The translations under genes were made by a program, and so were the position numbers. The notes under the pieces are model-generated. The model saw only the letters and a program-made list of their open reading frames with translations. It searched no databases and had not been told where the DNA came from. From Candidatus Tectomicrobia bacterium RIFCSPLOWO2_12_FULL_69_37 (lineage in GTDB: Bacteria > UBA8248): a stretch of DNA of 64,000 bases. Positions 8,870-19,096 of this stretch are shown here, piece after piece (the stretch's first letter is position 1; each line of letters begins with the position of its first letter). Location of the stretch: positions 193-64,192 of the forward strand of contig MGDP01000039.1 of the NCBI GenBank assembly GCA_001790955.1. The letters run 5' to 3'.

Positions 8870-10144
8870 TCAGGCCGGGTGAGGCGATTCGCCCTCCACA
8901 TGGATGGGCAGGTTGCGCATCGCCCACCGGAACGCGAGCAGCCCTACGGATATGATGCCGACGGTGATAAAGACCTCCGCCCAGTAGGGATAATAGGTCT
9001 CCCACGGGCGGACGATGACCCCGACCACCGCCACATTGAGGCGATTCCAGACGACGCCGGCAATCACCAGGACTGAGGTTCCGAACAGGCCGGCGCGGTT
9101 GCGAATCAACTCAGGGGTCATAAAGAGTACCAACGGGATGACCGCCCCGATGCCCATCTCCATCCACCACGAGACGGCTTGCGGGGTGAGAGCCAGCGCG
9201 TGGGGGACAGCGCCGCGTCCCACCAGGTCGGCCAGCTTCAGGAACAGGTACACCCCCAGCAGATAGGGCATGACCCTGGCCGCCGCGTGGAGCAGGTCGA
9301 GATGCGCTTTGTATCCGAGCGTTCGCTCGGTCACCAATGACTCAAAGATGACCATCGCTGGAGCGACCATCACGGCGGAGAAGAAGAAGAGCAGCGGCAG
9401 GATCGGGGTGTGCCACAAGGCGTGCAACTTGTGGGGCACGATCAAGAACAGCGACCCGAGCGAAGATTGGTGCAGCGTCGACAAGATCACCCCCGCGGCG
9501 ATCAGCAGGATGGACACCTCCGCGTGCCGCGGCATGATCCGGAGCCGAATCAGCCCCTCCCACACCAGCAGCACGGCGACCATGGCCAGCGCCCATTGGG
9601 GCGAATGGGTCATGGCCAGGGTGAACAGCCCGAGGATAAACACGATGAGCCAGGGAACCATCATCCGCCAGAGGGAATGAAGCTTCTCCAGCCGGTATCG
9701 CTCAAAGACCGACGGGAGCATCTCCAGAAACAGAACGAACGTATAGAGCATGACGCACCAGGATACTTCGAACATCGGGGACTCGTGCTGCCAATTGAAC
9801 ACCGGCTTCCAGATGTTCCAGGGGCGTCCCAGGTCGACGATCAGGCCGAAGATGAACAGGAGATACCCCAGGAAGGCCGTCAAGACGGCGGTCCGGGCCA
9901 TGACGTGGAACCTCTGCCCTCCCAGCAGATACACCGTGCCGGCCATCACGAACCCCCCGGCCGCCAGCGCGATCCCCGCGAGGATATCAAGCCCGATCCA
10001 AATGCCCCACGGGTACCCGTCGCTCAAGTTCGTCACGGCGCCGAGCCCCATCACGAACCGGTAGACGATCAGGACAAGTCCCAAGACCGCCAAAAACCAA
10101 ATCACGCTTTGCCCGGAGAGGAGATTCAGCGATTTGGCTTTCAT
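8870..10144 (-). CDS. NrfD/PsrC-family polytopic membrane subunit (quinone-interacting) of formate dehydrogenase
   Basis: 424 aa, about 10 predicted TM helices, NrfD-like composition. 4-nt overlap with the upstream FeS subunit gene. Confidence 0.8.
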   Translation of the reverse strand: MKAKSLNLLSGQSVIWFLAVLGLVLIVYRFVMGLGAVTNLSDGYPWGIWIGLDILAGIALAAGGFVMAGTVYLLGGQRFHVMARTAVLTAFLGYLLFIFGLIVDLGRPWNIWKPVFNWQHESPMFEVSWCVMLYTFVLFLEMLPSVFERYRLEKLHSLWRMMVPWLIVFILGLFTLAMTHSPQWALAMVAVLLVWEGLIRLRIMPRHAEVSILLIAAGVILSTLHQSSLGSLFLIVPHKLHALWHTPILPLLFFFSAVMVAPAMVIFESLVTERTLGYKAHLDLLHAAARVMPYLLGVYLFLKLADLVGRGAVPHALALTPQAVSWWMEMGIGAVIPLVLFMTPELIRNRAGLFGTSVLVIAGVVWNRLNVAVVGVIVRPWETYYPYWAEVFITVGIISVGLLAFRWAMRNLPIHVEGESPHPA

Positions 10145-10950
10145 GATTCACCTCCCGAGGAGGAGCCGTTCTTCTCATCGCGTCCATTTCGGATCCGCCG
10201 CTGGATGACCCACGAAACGGCCCCCAAAGCGACTGCCAGCCCGATCTTGACGTGGGGCACCACCTGCATGGCCGTCTTGGTGTACTCGCGCAGCGAAATC
10301 TTCGGGAGGTCGGTGCGGTAGCCCAGCACCTCGAACGGCACGTTGGACAGGTGAAGCACGCAGGTCCCGCCGACCTCGTCCTTCCCATAGATGTGGTGGA
10401 CGTACCCTCGCGGGTTGCGGTGGATCCGGTTCTCGGCCTCTGCGATGAGATCCTCCCGCTCGCCGAAGACGATGGCGTCCGTCGGGCAGACCTTCGCGCA
10501 GGCCGGCTCCTCCCCCGCCGCCACCCGGTCGGCGCACATGGTGCACTTGGTGATTTTGGGGATGGCCTTGTCCCACTCGAAGCGCGGGACCAGGAACGGG
10601 CAGGCAAGCTGGCAGTAGCGGCAGCCGAGACACCGATCCGGGTCGTAAACGACGGGACCCTCCTTGGTCTTCTGCAACGCGGACACAGGACATGCCGTGG
10701 CGCACGAAGGCTCAATGCAGTGGAAGCACTGAAGATGGCCGAACACCCACTCGAAGCGCCCGTTGGTCTGCGCTTCGTTGTAGGTCACGACCCGCCACGT
10801 CTTCGACGAAAGATCCCGCGGGTTTTGATACCCCTTGGGGGACGCGAAGAAGCGGGTCTTCTCGGCCGGAAGCTCGTTCCACTCCTTGCAGGCCACCTGG
10901 CAGCCCCGGCAGCCGACGCAGCGCGTCACGTCGATGAGGAGCGCTTTCAC
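10141..10950 (-). CDS. fdhB: formate dehydrogenase iron-sulfur subunit (FdnH-like, 4x[4Fe-4S], C-terminal TM anchor)
   Basis: Multiple CxxCxxCxxxCP ferredoxin motifs (CVGCRGCQVAC, CFHCIEPSCATACP, CLGCRYCQLACP, CTMCADR...CAKVCP). C-terminal hydrophobic helix. Overlaps fdhA by 4 nt. Confidence 0.85.
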   Translation of the reverse strand: MKALLIDVTRCVGCRGCQVACKEWNELPAEKTRFFASPKGYQNPRDLSSKTWRVVTYNEAQTNGRFEWVFGHLQCFHCIEPSCATACPVSALQKTKEGPVVYDPDRCLGCRYCQLACPFLVPRFEWDKAIPKITKCTMCADRVAAGEEPACAKVCPTDAIVFGEREDLIAEAENRIHRNPRGYVHHIYGKDEVGGTCVLHLSNVPFEVLGYRTDLPKISLREYTKTAMQVVPHVKIGLAVALGAVSWVIQRRIRNGRDEKNGSSSGGES

Positions 10951-13900
10951 GACGCACCTCCCTTCGCCTTATAGACGTTGCAGAGGAACGCCTTGTACTC
11001 CGGGATCATGGTGTTGGCGTCCCCCACGTGCGGCGTCAGGACGTTCGCGCTGTCGCCCTTGACGATGCCTTGGTAGCCGAAGTGCCAGATAACGCCGACC
11101 TCGTGGACGATCTTCCCGTTGTGCCGGAAGGGCTCGAAGCGGCGCGTCACCAGGGCGTAGCCGCTCATCTTGCCCCGCGCCGTCTCCAGGGTGACGCGGT
11201 CTCCGTTCTGAACGCCCTTCTGCCGGGCGAGGTCCACTCCCATCTCGACGAAGACATCCGGCACCAGCTCCGCCAGCCAGGGCAGGTTGCGCGTCATCGC
11301 CCCGGCCTGCCAGTGCTCGCTCACGCGGTAGGTCGTCCCCACGATCGGGAAGCGGTCGGCGGTCCCGACGGCGTTCATCTCGGGTGCGTCCTTGTGCCAG
11401 AGCTTGATGGCCGGGTTGACCTGCTGCCGCGACATCATGTTCGGCAGCGGGCTCTCCAAGGGCTCATAGTGCTCGGGCAGAGGCCCGTCGTTGAGGTTGC
11501 CAGCGAAGAGCCACGCGTGGCCGTCCGGCTTCATGATGAAGGGATGCTTCTCCCCCGGCGGCCACGGGCCGTCAGGCACGTCGCCCTCCCACTGTTTTTT
11601 CCCGGCGTTCCAGCGGATGACCCACCGCTTGGGGTTCCAGGGCTTGCCGGTGGGGTCGACCGAGGCGCGGTTGTAGAGGATCCGCCGGTTGACCGGCCAG
11701 CACCACGCCCAATCGGGGTAGAGGCCGATCCCGTTCATGGCGTCCCGTTTGCTCCGCCGGGCCATCTTGTTGTCCTTCTTCTCCGGGCCGGCGTAGCTGT
11801 TGCAGTAGAGCCAGTTGCCAGAGCAGGTGGAGCCGTCGTCCTGCAGCAGGGCGAAGCCGGGAACCTGCTCGCCCTTCTTGTACTGTCTGCCGCCGACGGT
11901 CTTCTCCTGGGTGAAGTAGCCGTTGATTTCCTTCGCCACCCGGTGCACGTCGGGCTCCTTGCGGACGTCGACCTCCTCGCCCGTGCCGTAGTCCCAGGCG
12001 AGGCGGGTGATGGGCTCGGGGAAGACGCCGCCCGCCGCGTACTCCTTCTTCACCGCCTTGCACAGGGCGTCCAGGATCCACAGGTCGGACCGGGAGTTCC
12101 CCACCGGATGGACCGCCGCGTAGCGCCACTGCGCCCAGCGGGCGCTGTTCGTGATGCTCCCTTCTTTCTCCACCGAAGACGCCGACGGTAGGAGGAATAT
12201 CTCGGTCTTGATGTCGGCGGGCTTCACGCCCGGGCGCTTCCAGATCGATGCCGTCTCCGTCTCCCAGAGATCGACGGCCACCATCCAATCGAGCTTCTCC
12301 AGCGCCTTGATCTCCTTGTTCGTGTTCGGCCCGCCGACCGCCGGGTTCTGACCGAAGAGCATGAGACCCTTGATCTGGCCTGCATACATCGCCTCGAACA
12401 GCGATATCCACGAGTAGTCGCCGCTGCGCTTGGGGATGTAGCTGAACGCGAAGTCGTTCTCCCGAGCGGCGTGGCCGCCGTACCAGGCTTTGAGCAGCGA
12501 GACGATGTACTTCGGATAGTTACCCCACCAGTTGGCCGATTTCGGGTCGTTCGTCCTGGGTGTGTTGCTCGCCAGGTAGGCCGCGAGCGATTGGTCGGCG
12601 GCGGTGGGCGAGGCCAGGTAGCCCGGCAGGATGTGGAAGAGCAGGGCCATGTCGGTGGAGCCCTGCACGTTGGACTCGCCCCGGAGGGCGTTCACCCCCC
12701 CGCCCGCCAAGCCGACGTTGCCCAGGAGGAGCTGGAGGATCGCGTAGGTCCGGATGTTCTGGGTCCCGTGCGTGTGCTGGGTCGCCCCCATGGCGTAAAG
12801 CCAGGTGCCCACGCGGTCGGGCGCCCAGGTCGAGGTGTAATGGCGGCAGACCTGGAGATAGACATCCCGCGGCGCGCCGGTGATGTTGCACACCGTGTCC
12901 ACGTCATAGCGCTGAAAATGTTTCTTCAACAGCTGGAACGCGCAGCGGGGGTGTTGGAGGGTCATGTCCCGCACCGGCATGCCTTTCCCATCGAGCTCGT
13001 ACGCCCAGTGGGACTTGTCGTAGCTGCGAGACGCCGGGTTGTAGCCCGTGAACAGGCCGTCATCGAATCCGTACTTTTCAGAGATGATGAACGAGGCATT
13101 CGTGTAGTTGAGGACGTAGTCCTTCTGGACGAAATCGTTCTGGAGAGCATAGTTGATCATCCCGCCCACGAAAGCGATGTCGGTGCCGCTACGGAACTTG
13201 CAGTAGACGTCGGCGAAGGAAGAGGTACGGGTGTAGCGCGGATCCGCACTGACGACGATGGCCCCCTTCTCTTTCGCGCGTGTTATCCATTTCGTGGCGA
13301 TGGGATGGTTCTCCGCCGCGTTCGAGCCCATGATCATGATCACGTCGGCGTGGACCATGTCGCTCCAGTGATTGGTCATCGCGCCCCGCCCGAAGGTCGC
13401 CGCCAAACTGGCGACGGTGGAGCTGTGTCATATCCGCGCCTGGTGCTCCAGGTAGGCGACCCCCAGCGCCCGGGCGAGCTTCGAGTAGAGGTAGCACTCC
13501 TCGTTGTCCAGCGCCGCGCCGCCGAGGCACGCGATGCCCTCGGTTCGGTTCACGGTCCTGCCCCCCTCCTCGCGGCGGAAGGTGGCGTCGCGGGTGCGCT
13601 TGATGCGCTTGGCGATCTCCGGGACGGCCCACTCCCAGGTCTTCTCCTCCCAGCGGCTACCCCCCGGGGCCCGGTAGAGGACGCTCCGCAGGCGCCGCTC
13701 GTTCACCGCCACCTGATAGAGGGCCATGCCCTTGGAGCAGAGCGAGCCTTCGTTGATGGGGTGATCGGGGTCGCCTTCGATGCTGACCACCTTCCCGTCC
13801 CTGGCAGAGACGATGAGCCCGCACCCCACCCCGCAGTACGGGCATATGGTCGTCGACTGCTTGGTGCGAACCGTCTTCATCGGGGGTGTTTGGGCGGCGT

Positions 13901-13994
13901 GGGCCCTCCCTTTTTGAGGGCCGAAAAGAGAGACGGCCGTCCCCAGTGCGCTTCCGCCCGTTGCCCCCAAAAAGGTACGCCGCGAAATCTTCAT
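10947..13994 (-). CDS. fdhA: formate dehydrogenase catalytic subunit (FdnG/FdoG-like, molybdopterin, TAT-exported), in-frame TGA = Sec at 13428..13430
   Basis: TAT signal MKISRRTFLGATGG. Fe-S cluster motif CPYCGVGCG. Track ORFs 13428..13994 and 10947..13406 are in frame, separated by TGA plus 7 codons. Read-through gives '...YLEHQARI-U-HSSTVASLAATFGRGAMTNHWSDM...', almost identical to E. coli FdnG 'NQARVUHGPTVASLAPTFGRGAMTNHW'. Total 1015 aa, the same length as FdnG. Confidence 0.9.
13396..13415 (-). promoter_or_regulatory. candidate SECIS hairpin for fdhA
   Basis: Minus-strand mRNA has stem gucgcc / ggcgac with a GU-containing loop, starting about 12 nt after the UGA. Confidence 0.4.
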
Positions 13995-14098
13995 CGCCCT
14001 CCCCTCCAGTCACGATTCACCTGGCACCGTCTTCGCTTGCAGCGATTCATCCTCACCTGCGTCATCCGCGCCCCAGGCCCGTGCGCCTCCTTTCCCCC

Positions 14099-14965
14099 TC
14101 AGGGGTCCACCGAAGCGGCCGCGAGGAGCGGATGCGGGGCAAATCCGGCGCTCGCCGCGAGGAGGTCGAGCGCGCGGGTCCCCAAGTAGAACACATCAAA
14201 GGAAAATGCTTCGGCCGATAAGGCGGACATGACCTCCTTGATGTATTTCCCGCAGCGGGCGCAGGTGTGCGCGCGGAAGGACGGCTCGGCCTCTGCGCTG
14301 ATCAAATTAAGCGCTTCCTGGTCCTCGTTGAGGCAATAAGGGCACTGAAGTCGGCCGTAGGGCCAGTGCGTCCCGCAGAGCAGGCACCACAGCGTCCGGC
14401 GGCCCTCCACCGACTGGATGTGCGCCAAGGCCGGCCAATTCCCGCACACCGGGCAATGGCCCCGGTGCCACTTCCCCAGGTCCACCTCCCGGGTCAGCTC
14501 CAGGGCCGCCTGCGCGCGGAATGGACGCGCCAGGTAGACCGCAATGAAAGTGAGCAAACCTTCATCCACGCCCAGTCTCTTCGCTGCCCCGAGAATCTCC
14601 TCAGACCGACCACGGAACACAAGCGAGACGAAATCTTTCGGCGGGATTTCCCCCGCCGCGAATGCCCCTTGGATCCGTCCGAGGGCGTCCTCGCGGTCAG
14701 GCAGACGCTTTCTCAGCAGGTCCAGCAAGACCGATGCAACTTCTTTGCAAGCTTTGGGAGCGAATCGATATTCTGAGGCGCGAAGAACAGAGCGTCCGCT
14801 TTCCAGAAAACCGGCGATTGAATCGGGAAATTCCTGAGGAGGCTGGGATTCAAACAGGGAGGCGCTGCGGAATTCCTGAAGAAAATTTCCTATTTCCGCA
14901 TGAATCGGTGGGAAGGCGGAAAGGCCTTTCTCGAGGGAAGAATCGTTGCGCGGTGGGGCTTTCAT
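14099..14965 (-). CDS. fdhE: formate dehydrogenase accessory protein FdhE
   Basis: C-terminal motifs 'WHRGHCPVCGNWP', 'LWCLLCGTHW', 'CPYC', 'CARCGKY' match FdhE. The track ORF extends to 15343 but would overlap fdhD. Start placed at the internal Met (MKAPPRND...). Confidence 0.7.
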   Translation of the reverse strand: MKAPPRNDSSLEKGLSAFPPIHAEIGNFLQEFRSASLFESQPPQEFPDSIAGFLESGRSVLRASEYRFAPKACKEVASVLLDLLRKRLPDREDALGRIQGAFAAGEIPPKDFVSLVFRGRSEEILGAAKRLGVDEGLLTFIAVYLARPFRAQAALELTREVDLGKWHRGHCPVCGNWPALAHIQSVEGRRTLWCLLCGTHWPYGRLQCPYCLNEDQEALNLISAEAEPSFRAHTCARCGKYIKEVMSALSAEAFSFDVFYLGTRALDLLAASAGFAPHPLLAAASVDP

Positions 14966-15203
14966 GGGCTCTGCCCCCTTCGGGAGGGGCCGGCTCCCTG
15001 AAAACCGCCAAAACCACCCTTGGGAGGAGCAATTTCCTTGCCACGCAGCCCAGCCATGTCCCCCAAGAAAGCGAGCCGCTGCCCGTGGTAAATACCCCAC
15101 GCTCCTGCAACCCGCGCGGGAAGATGAGACAAAAAATCCCTTCCCCGGGACTGAATGCCACATCTCCTTCGACCCCGGGACGAGCGAATTTCTGGTTCTC
15201 TCC

Positions 15204-16061
15204 TTACCGGACGCTCCTCTCCTTGGTACAACCAAAATTAAGGGATGAGGCGTCCGAGCATGCCCAGGCGGTTTTCCCTTCCCAGCACGAACCCGTGCCG
15301 GAGGCGAGACCCTCGGGGTGGGCGTAGACAGTAAATTGGTCATGTGTCACATAGCCGATGAGGGTGATCCCTAGGCGCTTCGCCAAGTCGATCGACAAGC
15401 TGGTCGGCGAGGTCCGGGAAATCACGAAGGGAACCTTCATCTGCGCCGCTTTCCGGAGCATTTCTGAAGAAATGCGCCCGCTGCTCGCCAGGATATGCTC
15501 GCGCGGATCAATTCCCCTCACGAGCACTTCCCCGCGGAGCTTGTCCAGGGTGTTGTGACGACCGATATCCTCTGCCACCGCGATCAGCCCTTCTCCGTCG
15601 AAGAGCGCCGCCGCGTGGATTCCGCGAGATTGGTGGTAGAGTTCGGCCGCTTCGATCAGCTGATGCATCAGCGACGGCACCGCATCCGGGTTTAGGACGC
15701 CTTCGGCGCGGATGGGAGCATAATCCCGAACATCCAGGTGGAACGTCACTCCGCCGGCGCAGCCCGAGGTCAAAATCCGCGGCCTCGATGACGGGAGAGG
15801 CCGATTCAGCTCGACATGGGCCTCGAATTCATTCTCGTCCACCTCAAGGCTCTTCACATCGCCAAGCGAATCAATGACCCGCTCGAAGGCAAGAAAGCCC
15901 AGAGCCAGCTCCCGGAGCTTCAGCGGGGTGCACATCAACGTCGCAAGCTCCTTGTTCTCCACCAAAATGCGGAAGGCGATTTCGCGCACCACGGGAATCT
16001 TGGCGGGTGAGAAAACTCCATTCGCATAGCGGTAGATAGTAAAGTCCATGTTGCCATCCAT
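15204..16061 (-). CDS. fdhD: formate dehydrogenase accessory sulfurtransferase FdhD
   Basis: Motifs 'SGCAGG', 'EDIGRHNTLDKLRG', 'ITLIGYV...FTVYAHPEGL' align with E. coli FdhD (EDVGRHVALDKL, LTLVGF, ATVYTHPQRL). Start chosen at MDGNMDF. Confidence 0.75.
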   Translation of the reverse strand: MDGNMDFTIYRYANGVFSPAKIPVVREIAFRILVENKELATLMCTPLKLRELALGFLAFERVIDSLGDVKSLEVDENEFEAHVELNRPLPSSRPRILTSGCAGGVTFHLDVRDYAPIRAEGVLNPDAVPSLMHQLIEAAELYHQSRGIHAAALFDGEGLIAVAEDIGRHNTLDKLRGEVLVRGIDPREHILASSGRISSEMLRKAAQMKVPFVISRTSPTSLSIDLAKRLGITLIGYVTHDQFTVYAHPEGLASGTGSCWEGKTAWACSDASSLNFGCTKERSVR

Positions 16062-16468
16062 CAATCGCTGCGGGCTTGCCAAGTCGTCCTTTCCGCAAGC
16101 CGCCAGAGAACTTCCCTCCACTCCATCACAGCCTTGTCATGCAAGTTTGCTGCCACGCGCTCCCCCATCGCTCATGAAGAACCAATCACCGAAACCCGGC
16201 TTTCCCCCGATCTCCTCTTTCCGGCCCAGCGATCGTGCAAACCACATCTTGAATCCTCCCTTGCGACAGCTCCCTTCCCGCCTCGCCAGGTCCACCTCCA
16301 GCTGCCGGGCCGCCTCTTTTCTGGGCGGGGCCCAGCTTCACCGGCACGTCTTGAGCAGTGCGCCGGGCGTCCGGGGCTTGTCCTCCAAAGCGTGTGTCCA
16401 AGGAGCTGGATTATTTTTGGAGCAGACGGGAAGCCCGAAGAGGGGAAGCCTCTAGAACCCCCCCCCGC

Positions 16469-16921
16469 TCACTTCTCCCGGGGAGGCATCAGGGTGCGGA
16501 TATAGGCGACCAGGGACCGGACCTCGTCTTCGCTGAGGGCCTCTCCCCAGGCGGGCATGGCGGGGGACTTCTGGACCGCGGCCCCTCCTCGCTTGATGAT
16601 CTCGAACATCGCCGCGTCCGTGATCCGGCTGGCGAACGCCTTGTCCGAGTAATTGCGCGGCTTGGGATTCAGGGCGGCGGCGGCCGGCCCATCCCCCCTG
16701 CCCGAGGGGCCGTGGCAAACGGCGCACAACTGCTGGAACTTCTCCTTCGCGAGCCTCAAATCCACCGGCGCGGCCGAGGCGGACACAGAGGGCCAGAACG
16801 CCAGGGCGAGGAGGCAGGCGAGGCCGCGCCGGCGAAGGAGGGAAACCCTCTTCTCATCGGGAAACTTGGCCAATGCGTCCCCCGCCTCCGGGCGGCAAGA
16901 AAATCCCCCGTGCAACTCCAT
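16469..16921 (-). CDS. monoheme class I c-type cytochrome (c551/c552-like)
   Basis: Signal peptide, single CAVCH, Met-rich C-terminal region (SPAMPAWG). Start set at the internal Met; upstream part of the track ORF is unlikely to be coding. Confidence 0.6.
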   Translation of the reverse strand: MELHGGFSCRPEAGDALAKFPDEKRVSLLRRRGLACLLALAFWPSVSASAAPVDLRLAKEKFQQLCAVCHGPSGRGDGPAAAALNPKPRNYSDKAFASRITDAAMFEIIKRGGAAVQKSPAMPAWGEALSEDEVRSLVAYIRTLMPPREK

Positions 16922-16998
16922 ACGAAGAAAAAGGCCCCTCGTCCAGCGCCTTCTCGAGCCGGACGAGGGGCAAGCAGACCGGGTCCCCCGATAAGCGT

Positions 16999-17343
16999 CT
17001 ATTTCTTCGCGGGATGGCACTTCACGCATTCGGTGATTGGGAAGGCCTTCTGCCCGTTGTGACAGGCGCCGCAGTATTTCCCCGCGAGGAGGTCGGCGAC
17101 CATGATTGGCTTCCCCTCGGTGGTCGCGCCCTTCTTCATCTGGAAGATCTGGACATGACAGGCCGTGCACTCCGGGTTTTTCGCCTGGTGCGTCTTATGG
17201 CTGAAGGTGACGGGCGTCTGGTCCTTGGTCTGCGTGTACTTGATGTCCTCGGGAACCGGCATCTGCGAGTAGGCCCACACCGCGCTCAAGGTGACCGCCA
17301 GAACGGCCGCCGCCGCCAAACCCCATCGCGTCCATTTGCCCAT
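16999..17343 (-). CDS. triheme cytochrome c7 (PpcA-like)
   Basis: Signal peptide MGKWTRWGLAAAAVLAV. Three CxxCH motifs (CTACH, CGACH, CVKCH). 'VTFSHKTHQ' is a c7/c3 hallmark. About 114 aa. Confidence 0.7.
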   Translation of the reverse strand: MGKWTRWGLAAAAVLAVTLSAVWAYSQMPVPEDIKYTQTKDQTPVTFSHKTHQAKNPECTACHVQIFQMKKGATTEGKPIMVADLLAGKYCGACHNGQKAFPITECVKCHPAKK

Positions 17344-17486
17344 GTTCAAAGCTCCTTCTCCTTGTTCCCGAGAGACACAACCCCAGACCCTGCAGCCTCG
17401 GCTCTCCTGAGACGAGAGAACTTCGGCGCCATGATACTCAACCCAAGCCCGTCTGCAACCGGGAACGACCGCCAGCGCCAATCGTC

Positions 17487-19037
17487 CTATCGAACTTTCT
17501 TCGCCTCGATATCCGCCTTCGTGCCCAGCCCCAGCGTGTACTCGAAGGAGACGTGGTGGCGGCGGGTGGTTACGTGATCGTCGTGGATAGCGAAGGCGAT
17601 GGGATAGGTCTCCCCGTCCTTCAGGATCACGTCATCCTCGGGATGGCCCGTGTCGAGCTTGCGCTTGAGGATGAGGGTATATTTGCCCATCTTCTCGCCG
17701 GCCTTCCTCAAGAAGACCCCGTAGGCCTGGATGTCGCCCCGGCTCCCGTCCGGCGCCCGGAGGACGCGCTGGTAGAGGATGTCTCCCTCCTTGGGCTTGT
17801 AGACCTTGGGATCATAGGGAACCGCATTCTTGCCCAGGGTCGTGAGGAAGGCGATGGTCTCCTGGTCCTTGATCACCGGCAGGGGGTTCTTCCCGCCCTG
17901 GATGGCATACTCGCCCCCGCCCAGCCGGCCGGAGGGAACCGCCTGGGGATTGAACATGAAGCCCTTGGGGGGGGTCGCGTTCAGGTCCGCGGGCCGCTGC
18001 ATCTGCCAGAGGCCCTTCCCCCTGTCGCCGTTCCGGTAATCGAAGATCCACATGTCGTCGGCGTAGCCGATGTGGCCTGCGCGCGCGGCCCGCCACATCC
18101 ACATGTCGAGGAACTGGCCCTTCTTCCGCATCCCGGCCAGCTCTTCCTTGCCCTTGAGGAGCGACCAGCGCCCCTCGGCCTCGGTCGCGCCCTTCTTCTC
18201 CTTGGGGTCGCCCGCCTGGGCCGCGTTGCGGGTGGCGAGGAGGTACTTCCGGATGTCGCTCTGCTTCGGGAAGACCGATTTCACGCCCTTGTTGTTGAGC
18301 GCGTCGTAGGGCATGTCCCGCATGCTGTTGTGGCAGGTGATGAAGCAGCCGGCCGACTGGAAGCCGGCGGGGGTGCCCGCGTCCGCCGGGACGTGGCCGG
18401 GGGCGCCCTGCTTGTAGCCGAGGAGGAAGGTGAGCCGGTCCTCATAGAGCCCGGGGGACTTATCGGGCTTGAACCCGCCGTAGCCCACCCACTTCTTGCC
18501 GTCGAAGCGCATCGCGTTGTGGTAGGCGCCGGGCTCCTCGCTCTCCCACTGGAGCCAGAAGTACATGTTCTGGGCGTCGTAGGCGGCCTTGACGGCGAGG
18601 TCGACGGTGGGGCGCTTGCCGGGGATCGGCTTGTCCTCGGCGGGCCCCTTGGGGACGAGCTTCTTGCCGAGCGCCTCTTCGTCCGGCCCCGCTCCTCCCG
18701 TCACATGGCAGGTGCGGCAGGCGACGCCCGTCTTGACCACCGGCCCGCCCAGATGCGTAAAGTCCTTCTGGGGGTTCACCAGGCGATCCCAGGAGGCTTG
18801 GCCGGGGTAGAAGAGACGGATGCTCCTCGCCGGGATACCTTCCCATTTCACGGGGACATCCTTAGGCTGAAACGTCGGGATCTCCGGCTTGACCTCACTT
18901 CTCGCGGCCGCCCAGGATGGAGCCGCACCTAGCAGAAGGACCGCCGTACTCACGAGGGCAAGCACGAAAGAGGCCAGGCCCCGACCCAGGCGCTGTTCAG
19001 CAACAGGTCCAGCATCTCGATGAAAAAATGCCATCAT
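17487..19037 (-). CDS. diheme c-type cytochrome fused to an EB_dh/DOMON-like heme-binding domain
   Basis: Signal peptide. CRTCH and CFITCH motifs. C-terminal ~200 aa resemble the ethylbenzene-dehydrogenase gamma-subunit-like (EB_dh) fold. Confidence 0.55.
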   Translation of the reverse strand: MMAFFHRDAGPVAEQRLGRGLASFVLALVSTAVLLLGAAPSWAAARSEVKPEIPTFQPKDVPVKWEGIPARSIRLFYPGQASWDRLVNPQKDFTHLGGPVVKTGVACRTCHVTGGAGPDEEALGKKLVPKGPAEDKPIPGKRPTVDLAVKAAYDAQNMYFWLQWESEEPGAYHNAMRFDGKKWVGYGGFKPDKSPGLYEDRLTFLLGYKQGAPGHVPADAGTPAGFQSAGCFITCHNSMRDMPYDALNNKGVKSVFPKQSDIRKYLLATRNAAQAGDPKEKKGATEAEGRWSLLKGKEELAGMRKKGQFLDMWMWRAARAGHIGYADDMWIFDYRNGDRGKGLWQMQRPADLNATPPKGFMFNPQAVPSGRLGGGEYAIQGGKNPLPVIKDQETIAFLTTLGKNAVPYDPKVYKPKEGDILYQRVLRAPDGSRGDIQAYGVFLRKAGEKMGKYTLILKRKLDTGHPEDDVILKDGETYPIAFAIHDDHVTTRRHHVSFEYTLGLGTKADIEAKKVR

Positions 19038-19096
19038 GTGCTACCTCCTTTTTCTTGGGACGGCCCAAAACCGCCCCCGAGAACCCGGCGGATGCC

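Noticed and set aside
14966-15343. N-terminal 126 aa of the track ORF 14099..15343 as part of FdhE
   Set aside because: It would overlap the 3' end of fdhD by about 140 nt. The extension is low-complexity, and the FdhE homology begins at the internal Met.
16100-16468. Small ORFs (71-135 aa) in the fdhD-to-cytochrome c intergenic gap
   Set aside because: Pro/Arg/Gly-rich, no motifs, overlapping each other in different frames. Probably a non-coding promoter region.
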